Source: Mobula hypostoma (taxonomy: Eukaryota). From it: a stretch of 64,000 nucleotides of DNA. The notes beneath the pieces are model-generated. The model saw only the letters and a list, made by a program, of their open reading frames with translations, did no database searches and was not told where the DNA came from. The translations under genes were made by a program, and so were the position numbers. The stretch is taken from positions 125,862,001 through 125,926,000 of the forward strand of contig NC_086097.1 of assembly GCF_963921235.1 (NCBI RefSeq), given 5' to 3'. Shown one piece after another: positions 59,401 to 64,000 of this stretch; within the stretch, counting starts at the first letter, position 1, and the number at the start of each line of letters is the position of its first letter.

Positions 59401-59992
59401 TAAATCTGAATTCATATTAGATATCTTAAAATTTCACCAATTTTTAAAATAGCTTTCTGATTTAAAAACCCTGAAAATGTGGTACAAACAATTTTCATGG
59501 ATCAATACACAGCCAAGCCAACCCAAACTAGTACCAAATTTAGGTACAGTATTGTTATCGCTTTACAGCCATGTGTCAGGATAAAATACTTTGTATAAGT
59601 AGCAAAGGATTGCTAGACATCGAGTAAATCACAACCAAACCACAGTAAACAGATGGGTGGTCAATTATTCAGAAATAATTATACAGTACATCTAATTTTC
59701 TTCGACAAATTGTTGTCTTCAAATGAAGATTCAAAATAAGTTCAATTATTTTGTAATAAAGCCTACATGTGTTAAAAGGTTTTCATTCCTATACTTATGC
59801 ATGTGAAATTGGAACGTCAACAATATGTCAGAATTGAATATGTACACATTTAAAAAGTATGCAACTGCAAATTAAGTAAAGAGAGAGTAAAAGATGAGCA
59901 GACACAAATACTTACCCATCACTAGTATCTGGTTTTCCCAGCTCCAATCTGTCTGGTTGAACAGCAAAGCTAATTCTACAGATACGGCCATC
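5257..59992 (-). CDS. UBR5: E3 ubiquitin-protein ligase UBR5 (EDD/hyd), partial gene: 18 internal coding exons covering the N-terminal third
   Basis: Spliced translation runs [22 protein letters not shown]...[10 protein letters not shown] and matches the vertebrate UBR5 N-terminal sequence as I recall it. All 18 exons have AG/GT boundaries and compatible phases (2629 nt in total). Confidence 0.97.
6959..8469 (+). mobile_element. Penelope-like retroelement (RT C-terminus, Cys-rich linker, GIY-YIG endonuclease, terminal hammerhead), 5'-truncated, 15-bp TSD
   Basis: ORF 6932..7990: [53 protein letters not shown] at 6944-6958 and 8470-8484. Confidence 0.95.
8372..8407 (+). ncRNA. Minimal type I hammerhead ribozyme motif in a Penelope terminus
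   Basis: AGTC-CTGACGA-A-GGGT(CTCG)GCCT-GAAA-CG-TC-GACT: stem I AGTC/GACT, CUGANGA and GAAA cores, GUC triplet. Confidence 0.8.
11096..11293 (-). CDS. UBR5: UBR5 coding exon ([66 protein letters not shown]), 198 nt
   Basis: tctag|GAATCT...GTAGAG|gtagg; ORF 10931..11248. Confidence 0.95.
11719..12000 (+). mobile_element. tRNA-derived V-SINE (HE1-like) with CR1-like tail
   Basis: A-box-like tgtagtggttagc, B-box-like gagttcaattc, V-domain-like core (ggagtctgtatgtactcccc...ctccgatttccttccaca), ends agaagggcc...taaataaataa. Confidence 0.75.
12230..12780 (-). mobile_element. Rex/Babar-type LINE 3' fragment
   Basis: Reverse complement resembles 2400-2950 and 29420-30210. Confidence 0.7.
13172..13845 (+). 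mobile_element. Penelope-like element 3' fragment (GIY-YIG C-terminus, pyrimidine-rich tail, hammerhead)
   Basis: ORF 13150..13461 [24 protein letters not shown]...[26 protein letters not shown]. Confidence 0.92.
13716..13751 (+). ncRNA. Minimal type I hammerhead ribozyme motif (variant)
   Basis: AGTC-CTGACGA-A-GGGTTTCAGCCT-GAAA-TG-TC-GACC. Confidence 0.65.
13846..15810 (-). mobile_element. Young CR1 LINE fragment (end of APE to RT), truncated at both ends
   Basis: ORFs 13650..14486, 14511..14921, 14813..15541, 15538..15819; highly similar to 2948-4451 and 43400-45447. Confidence 0.95.
15811..16372 (+). mobile_element. Non-coding repeat with GC-rich body and Rex-like 3' tail (putative non-autonomous retroelement)
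   Basis: Ends ...catttcaggatgtatattgtatacat...attaaatgtacctctgaaacctttgaa, similar to the Rex tail at 4453-4526. Confidence 0.55.
17795..17949 (-). CDS. UBR5: UBR5 coding exon ([52 protein letters not shown]), 155 nt
   Basis: ctag|GTGTTC...GGACAG|gtatgt; ORF 17729..18064. Confidence 0.95.
19055..19385 (+). mobile_element. tRNA-derived V-SINE
   Basis: B-box-like gggttccattcc; V core ggagtttgcatgttctccccgtg...ctgggtgctcc; ends gtgacaaataaagctaatc. Confidence 0.75.
20787..20878 (+). repeat. Direct repeat copy 1 (~90 bp)
   Basis: agatggcaacggaacaatagaatac(t/c)gtatagatattagagaaaggaaaca shared with 21624-21717. Confidence 0.9.
21196..21307 (-). CDS. UBR5: UBR5 coding exon ([38 protein letters not shown]), 112 nt
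   Basis: ttcag|GTGATG...AAAG|gtgag; ORF 21116..21316. Confidence 0.95.
21624..21717 (+). repeat. Direct repeat copy 2 (~90 bp)
   Basis: Near-identical to 20787-20878. Confidence 0.9.
22943..25128 (-). mobile_element. Penelope-like retroelement, ~2.2 kb, 5'-truncated and frameshifted (RT + GIY-YIG + terminus)
   Basis: ORF 23943..25190: [51 protein letters not shown] in 23414..23659; imperfect TSD gccttaaagagtaaa (22928-22942) / gcctttaaaagagtaaa (25129-25145). Confidence 0.95.
23005..23040 (-). ncRNA. Degenerate type I hammerhead motif, sense to UBR5 pre-mRNA
   Basis: AGTC-CTGATGA-A-GGATCTCGGCCG-GAAA-TG-TC-GACT; cores intact, stem II mismatched. Confidence 0.6.
27100..27192. mobile_element. 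Minimal Penelope-terminus-derived insertion with 14-bp TSD TATGGCTTAGAAGT
   Basis: Direct repeats at 27086-27099 and 27193-27206; short inverted arms. Confidence 0.8.
27966..28109 (-). CDS. UBR5: UBR5 coding exon ([48 protein letters not shown]), 144 nt
   Basis: ttcaag|GTATTG...CTGCAA|gtaag; ORF 27936..28172. Confidence 0.95.
29173..29285 (-). CDS. UBR5: UBR5 coding exon ([38 protein letters not shown]), 113 nt
   Basis: ttcag|AGCGCAGG...GGGAAG|gtatg; ORF 29140..29328. Confidence 0.95.
29420..30210 (+). mobile_element. Rex/Babar-type LINE 3' fragment
   Basis: Collinear with 2170-2950 ([37 protein letters not shown]). Confidence 0.8.
30375..30484 (-). CDS. UBR5: UBR5 coding exon ([36 protein letters not shown]), 110 nt
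   Basis: atag|GACAGAA...TATA|gtaagt; ORF 30340..30537. Confidence 0.95.
32095..32279 (-). CDS. UBR5: UBR5 coding exon ([62 protein letters not shown]), 185 nt
   Basis: atag|GTATGT...AATAA|gtaagt; ORF 32091..32273. Confidence 0.95.
32584..32701 (-). CDS. UBR5: UBR5 coding exon with basic bipartite-NLS-like segment ([39 protein letters not shown]), 118 nt
   Basis: ttcag|GGGAGTA...ACACAG|gttag. Confidence 0.95.
32973..33180. mobile_element. Long-hairpin Penelope-terminus-derived element centred on a degenerate hammerhead
   Basis: ~85-bp inverted arms; imperfect 18-bp TSD attagtcaactgagtaac (32955-32972) / attagttaattgggtaac (33181-33198). Confidence 0.85.
33330..37515 (+). mobile_element. Old, near-full-length degenerate CR1 LINE (ORF1 remnants with SGNH/GDSL-esterase-like motifs; ORF2 APE + RT)
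   Basis: Remnants [12 protein letters not shown] and VHIGTNDIG near 33950-34065; [46 protein letters not shown]1 3' end aagggcctgttcctgtgctg. Confidence 0.85.
36702..36985 (-). mobile_element. tRNA-derived V-SINE inserted in CR1
   Basis: Reverse complement resembles 11719-12000 (gtagtgtagcagttagc head, gagttgaattc B-box-like). Confidence 0.75.
39030..39505 (+). mobile_element. Old degenerate Penelope-like GIY-YIG fragment
   Basis: ORF 39240..39467 [10 protein letters not shown]...VACHFNS...[14 protein letters not shown]. Confidence 0.8.
39735..39926. mobile_element. hAT (Charlie-like) MITE, 192 bp
   Basis: Perfect 18-bp TIR CAGGGGTGGCCAACCTTT, longer imperfect subterminal palindrome, perfect 8-bp TSD TTATAGAC (39727-39734 / 39927-39934). 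Confidence 0.9.
41319..41473 (-). CDS. UBR5: UBR5 coding exon ([52 protein letters not shown]), 155 nt
   Basis: ttag|GTTGCC...TGGTG|gtaagt. Confidence 0.95.
41535..41750. mobile_element. Older hairpin-type Penelope-terminus-derived element
   Basis: cagacgctggaaatcc...caagatgctg...ggcagcatctatg left arm and gttcctccagcatcttgtgtgtt right arm; decayed hammerhead at centre. Confidence 0.7.
42485..42672 (+). mobile_element. CR1 3' end fragment
   Basis: acatttaaaagatatttgga...gggccaatacgcctgttcctattctgtagtgctctatgactc. Confidence 0.6.
42823..42933 (-). CDS. UBR5: UBR5 coding exon ([37 protein letters not shown]), 111 nt
   Basis: caaag|AATCCT...AGCAAA|gtaagt; phase 0 to phase 0. Confidence 0.93.
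43033..43149 (-). CDS. UBR5: UBR5 coding exon ([39 protein letters not shown]), 117 nt
   Basis: ccag|GATGGT...ACACAG|gtatg; phase 0 to phase 0. Confidence 0.95.
43400..45447 (+). mobile_element. Young 5'-truncated CR1 LINE with complete 3' end
   Basis: ORFs 43584..43808, 43799..44455, 44480..44911, 44976..45314; ends tactattctatgttctat. Confidence 0.95.
45448..45915 (+). mobile_element. RTE-clade LINE 3' fragment with GAA tail
   Basis: ORF 45384..45896 [21 protein letters not shown]...[25 protein letters not shown], continuing after a frameshift as [22 protein letters not shown]; ends gcacatgaagaa. Confidence 0.88.
46714..46925 (-). CDS. UBR5: UBR5 coding exon ([30 protein letters not shown]...LQWWPDR), 212 nt; alternative acceptor at 46907
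   Basis: ccag|TTCTCCTT...GATCGG|gtgagt; overlaps ORF 46687..46890. Confidence 0.93.
47560..49130. mobile_element. Highly degenerate non-LTR retroelement remnants (CR1/L2/Jockey-group-like)
   Basis: Remnants VDLVLTNLP (~47586) and [28 protein letters not shown] (~48107). Confidence 0.45.
50820..51195 (+). mobile_element. Rex/Babar-type LINE 3' tail fragment
   Basis: ctccattcagggaggaggctacatagcatccacaccaggaccaccagactgaaaagcagttacttt resembles LLPSGRRYRS..RTTRLKNSYF. Confidence 0.65.
51364..51513 (-). CDS. UBR5: UBR5 coding exon ([50 protein letters not shown]), 150 nt
   Basis: tctcag|AGGATCTC...AGAG|gtat; phase 1 to phase 1. Confidence 0.95.
52158..52317 (-). CDS. UBR5: UBR5 coding exon, UBA-domain region ([53 protein letters not shown]), 160 nt
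   Basis: acag|GCACAG...GGAG|gtttg; translation essentially identical to the recalled vertebrate UBR5 UBA region. Confidence 0.95.
52990..53243 (-). mobile_element. tRNA-derived SINE (HE1-like)
   Basis: Minus-strand head ggtagcgtagtggttagcgc, B-box-like ggagtttaattc, tail ...tctctaaataaataaa. Confidence 0.75.
54124..54994 (+). mobile_element. Non-coding element starting AAGATGGCG and ending in a Rex-like tail, inserted in CR1
   Basis: CR1 sequence (RKDV...|...RFTRML region) is interrupted here; ends actttgaactttga like the Rex tail at 4515-4526. Confidence 0.6.
55205..56120 (+). mobile_element. L1-clade LINE 3' fragment (ORF2 C-terminal Cys-rich region and AT-rich 3' UTR)
   Basis: ORF 55157..55684 [14 protein letters not shown]...[10 protein letters not shown]...[19 protein letters not shown] (CxxC-x8-HMFW motif); aataaaa near 56100. 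Confidence 0.85.
56420..57222 (-). mobile_element. Non-coding element with Rex-like tail (putative non-autonomous retroelement)
   Basis: Minus-strand head caagatggtacc; tail ...ttgtgtactgtatacatgcattgatattaaatgtacttcaaag. Confidence 0.5.
57514..57694 (-). CDS. UBR5: UBR5 coding exon ([16 protein letters not shown]...VIPEELISQ), 181 nt
   Basis: ttcag|GAGTCGT...TCTCAG|gtag; lies in ORF 57454..57774. Confidence 0.95.
59085..59204 (-). CDS. UBR5: UBR5 coding exon ([40 protein letters not shown]), 120 nt
   Basis: ccag|TTCAAAG...CTTGG|gtaag; phase 2 to phase 2. Confidence 0.93.
59916..59992 (-). CDS. UBR5: UBR5 coding exon ([26 protein letters not shown]), 77 nt
   Basis: tag|GATGGC...GATGG|gtaag; phase 0 to phase 2. 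Confidence 0.93.
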
Positions 59993-61002
59993 CTAATGAG
60001 AAGGGTTTTTGGTTTGGAAGGAAGGGTAAATAAAGAGAAAAGATTCCAGTATGAAATACCATTCTATATCACTCAAAATACAAATGACTTCTATAATAGC
60101 TCAAAATGATTTACAGTTTGCAGCTACACATTAACAAATCCCAGAAGTGAATTTTGAAAATCATTAGTGATATCAGAACAATCACTTAACCAGCTTCAAT
60201 GTATATATTGGCATGGGAACATGACAAAATTGCTAGATTTTAATAAACCTGCCTTCCCAAATCCCTTACACTAAACCTTTATATTAGCACCAACTCTCCT
60301 ACGTTCTATTAAGCTTGGTGGGTCTGTTTACCACCATGCTAACAACTTCCTTACTCCTCTTAACACCCTTAACTTACCCTCTCAGCTACTGCTGTCCTCA
60401 TATGTGCAACAACACCAAGTGCCTCAAATTAATTCCGTTTTGCAGACCTTTGTTATCAATAATCTCAGAGTACTTACTGTTCATTTCACACTTACAATGG
60501 ATTCCATCAATGGTCCAACATTGCACTACACCTGTTCAGTAATGATATTACCATGAAAGACTGTTATCAATATCTTGACCCTGAGACAAGGCATTTGGTG
60601 CTTGTTTTGGTATTTTAGACAGGTCTGACAAGTGCAGAGGAATCTGTGTGGTCAAAGTATGTGCAAATCCCACACAGAACTCAAGGTCAGGACTGGGTCA
60701 ATGAGCTGAGACAGCAGCTCTAAATCGCTGTCAGTGTGCTGCTCGAAAGTTTGCAGTAGAGTGAAAAGACATACATCTTTATCAATGTGCAGTCTGGTAG
60801 GTTAAATGGCCACTGCAAATTACACCTAGTGTGTTGGCAAGCAGTAGAACCTGGGGCGAGTTAATGGAAATGTGGGGAGAATCAAATACGAAAGGGTACT
60901 TGATCAGCACAGACTCTGATCAACTAACCATTTACACTATGCTGTAAGCATGTGAAATTGGAATCATTACACAATGTAATATACTATGACAGCCATACAG
61001 AT

Positions 61003-61165
61003 AAACAAAAATATCTACAGATGCTGGAAATTCAAAGCTACACACAAAATGCTGGACAAACTGTACAGGTCAGACAGCATCTATGGACAAGAGTAAATAA
61101 TCGACATTTTGGACTGAGAATCTTCATCCTGATGAAAGGTCTCAGCCCAAAACAATGACAGTTTA
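61003..61165. mobile_element. Penelope-terminus-derived element turning back at the hammerhead
   Basis: cagatgctggaaattc..acacacaaaatgctgg..cagcatctatgga..cttcatc|ctgatgaaaggtctcagcccaaaac. Confidence 0.75.
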
Positions 61166-61469
61166 GTCAAAGACAAAGTAGTCCACAATGACAAACACAC
61201 CCTAAACCTCATATCTTCCATCCTCAGTGTAAAAAAACATTAACTTTCTTGTGATCTGCATCTCCATGACATCAGCCAGCTCTGCCATGACTCCACTTAT
61301 CCTGAAATTTCTTCCTAGCCGCCCCACTACCATAACCCTGAAACTTCACCCTTCTCTGATTTACCTCCTACCTGCCCTCGTACTCTCCAAACTCACGCAA
61401 GTCCAGCTCCTCTTTCATTAACTCACTTCTTATTGTGATCTTTTTCAACTTTACCTAATTCAATTTATC

Positions 61470-63440
61470 AGAATCAGGTTTATCATCACCGGCACGTGAT
61501 GTGAAATTTGTTAACTTAGCAGCAGCAGTTCAATGCAATACATAATCCAGTAGAGAAAAAAATAATACAATAAAAAATAATAAATGAAATAATAATAATA
61601 AAGTAAAACAATTACGTATATTGAATGGATTCTTCCCTCTCACCACCACCTGAGATTCTACCAACAATGGTTGTATCATCAGCAAATTTATAGATGGTAT
61701 TTGAGCTATGCCTAGCCACACAGTCACGTGCATAGAGAGAGTATAATACAGTGGGCTAAGCACACACTGAGGTGCACCAGTGTTGACAGTCAGCGAGGAG
61801 GATATGTTATCACTAGTCTGCACAGATTGTGGTCTTCCGGTTAGGAAGTCAAGGATCCAATTGCAGAAGGAGGTACAGAGGCCCAGGTTCTGCAACTTCT
61901 CAATCAGGATTGTGGGAATGATGGTATTAAATGCTGAGCTATAGTCGATGAACAGCATCCTGACGAAGCTGTTTGTGTTGTCCAGGTGGTTTAAAGCCTT
62001 GTGGTAAGCCATTGAGATTGCGTCTGCCATTGACCTATTGTGGCAATAGGCAAATTGCAATGGGTCCAGGTCCTTGCTGAGGCAGGAGTTCAGACTAGTC
62101 ATGACCAACCTCTCAAAGCATTTCATCACTGTCGATGTGAGTGCTACCGGGCAATAGTCATTAAGGCAGTCCACATTATTCTTCTTAGGCATTGGTATAA
62201 TTGTTGCCTTTTTGAAGCGAGTGGGAACTTCCGCCCATAGCAATGAGAGGTTGAAAATATTCTTGAATACTCCTGCTAGTTGGTTGGCCCAGGTTTTCAG
62301 AGCCTTACCATGTACTGCATCGGGACTTTCCGCTTTGGGAGGGTTCACTCTCTATTTAAAGACAGTCTAACATCGGCCTCTGAGACGGAGATCACAAGGT
62401 CATCAGGCGCAGCAGGGATCTTCACAGCTGCAGTTGTGTTCTCCCTTTCAAAGCGTGCATAGAAGGCATTAAGTTCATCTGGCAGTGAAGCATCGCTGCC
62501 ATTCATGCTCATAGGTTTTGCTTTGTAGAAAGTAATGTCTTACATACCCTGTCAGAGTTGCCGTGCATCCAATGTCCCCTCCAACCTTGTTCGAAACTGT
62601 CTCTTCGCCCTTGAAATAGCCCTCTGCAAATCATACCTGGTTTTCTGGTACAGGCCTGGGTTGCCAGACTTGAATGCCACAGATCTAGCCTTCAGCAGAC
62701 GATGTACCTCCTGGCTCATCCATGGCTTTTGGTTTGGGAATGTACAGTAAGTCTTTGGGGGCACACACTCATCCACACAGGTTTTAATGAAGTCGGTAAC
62801 AACTGCAGCATACTCATCTAGGTCCTCACTGCTTGTGCTGCAGTCTTCAGTCTCTGCCTATACTCAGAGTAGAAGTACAGCTAGGTGTTCAGACTTCCCA
62901 AAGTGAGGGCGTGGAACAGCAGGCATTCTTGATGGTGGTGTAGCAATGGTCCTGTGTGTTGTTTCCTCTGGTATTGCAAGTGATCTGTTGATGGTAGTTG
63001 CTTAGTAATTCTTTCAGACTGGCCTGGTTAAAATCTCCCAAAACGATGATGAAGGCATTAGGGTGAGCTGTTTTATGCATGTCGATCCCATTACTCAGAT
63101 CATCTAAAGCCTGAGATGGAATGTAAACTGGTACCAAAATGACCCCAGAGAACTCCCGTGGCTGGTAAAAAGGACGGTACTTTACTGCTAGATATTCCAG
63201 GTCTGGTGAGCAGAATTGAGACAGCACGGATATATTTGTGCACCAAGAAAAGTTGATCATGAGGCATACTCCCCACCTCTGCCTTTGAGAGTCTATAGAT
63301 CTATCCTGACGGTGTATAGCAAACCTGTCAATCTGGATCGCTGCATCTGGTACAGAAGGGGCTACTTTATACTTTATAGTCGCCAAACAATTGATACTAG
63401 AACGTACAATCATCACAGCGATATTTGATTCTGCGCTTCC
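61470..63440 (-). mobile_element. Rex1/Babar-type LINE (APE + RT, internally deleted, joined to its 3' tail)
   Basis: ORFs 62889..63443 (VYIP, GDFNQA), 62552..62776 (FPNQKPWM), 61530..62348 ([34 protein letters not shown]). Confidence 0.9.
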
Positions 63441-63449
63441 CACTTCCTG

Positions 63450-64000
63450 GATTACAAATATTAAGTATTAAAATATTAAAAATAGTTTTTAAAAAATTAG
63501 TAAATATTAAAAATTTAAATTATAAATCATAAATAGAAAATAGAAAAATGGAAGGTAAGGTAGTGAAAAGAAACCGAGAGGCAGATCTGGATATTTGGAG
63601 GGTACAGCCCAGATCCGGGTCAGAATCTGTTCAGCAGTCTTATCACAGTTGGGAAGAAGCTGTTCCCAAATCTGGCCATACGAGCCTTCAAGCTCCTGAG
63701 CCATCACCTGGAGGGAAGAGGGACGAAAAGTGTGTTGGCTGGGTGGGTCGTGTCCTTGATTATCCTGGCAGCACTGCTCCGACAGCATGTGGTGTAAAGT
63801 GAGTTCAAGGACAGAAGATTGGTTTGTGTGAAGTGCTGTGCTGTGATCACAATCTTCTGCAGCTTATTTTGGTCTTGGACAGGACAACTTCCATACCAGG
63901 TTGTGATGCACCCTAGAAGAATGCTTTCTACTGTGCATCTATAAAAATTAGTGAGGGTTTTAGGGGACAGGCCAAATTTCTTTAGTTTTCTCAGGAAGTA
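63450..64000 (-). mobile_element. Second Rex/Babar-type LINE 3' part, running off the window
   Basis: Minus-strand remnants resembling IIKDTTHPANTLFVPLPSR and TARFGNSFFPTVIRLLN; AT-rich tail. Confidence 0.75.

Noticed and set aside
60490..60545. Minus-strand EQ..C.VGP-like stretch near a gtaag donor, vaguely like the preceding UBR5 exon (EQATIKQCVVGPNH)
   Set aside because: It contains an in-frame TAG and matches poorly. The true upstream exons appear to lie beyond the window.

Overview
Eukaryotic genomic DNA from a vertebrate. The repeat landscape (CR1, Rex/Babar, Penelope-like elements, V-domain tRNA SINEs) points to a cartilaginous fish, probably a ray (inference). The window lies inside the minus-strand gene for the HECT E3 ubiquitin ligase UBR5 (EDD/hyd). 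Eighteen consecutive GT-AG coding exons (59992 down to 5257; 2629 nt, 876 codons + 1 nt, phases all compatible) encode the N-terminal third of the protein, including the UBA region and the basic NLS-like segments. The first exons and the UBR-box/MLLE/HECT exons lie outside the window. The introns are packed with nested retroelements. The most notable signals are: (i) minimal type I hammerhead ribozyme motifs in Penelope-like element termini, plus a family of short, often hairpin-forming and TSD-flanked insertions built only from that terminus; (ii) a CR1+RTE composite flanked by one 8-bp direct repeat, suggesting a cross-clade chimeric retrotranscript; (iii) two CR1 copies sharing the same nonsense mutation; (iv) inverted young CR1 and Penelope pairs bracketing exon blocks that would form stop-free circular RNAs; (v) candidate poison or cassette exons and a ~90-bp direct repeat flanking one exon. 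No prokaryotic system or CRISPR array is present. All calls were made by eye without database searches, and repeat boundaries are approximate unless a TSD is given.
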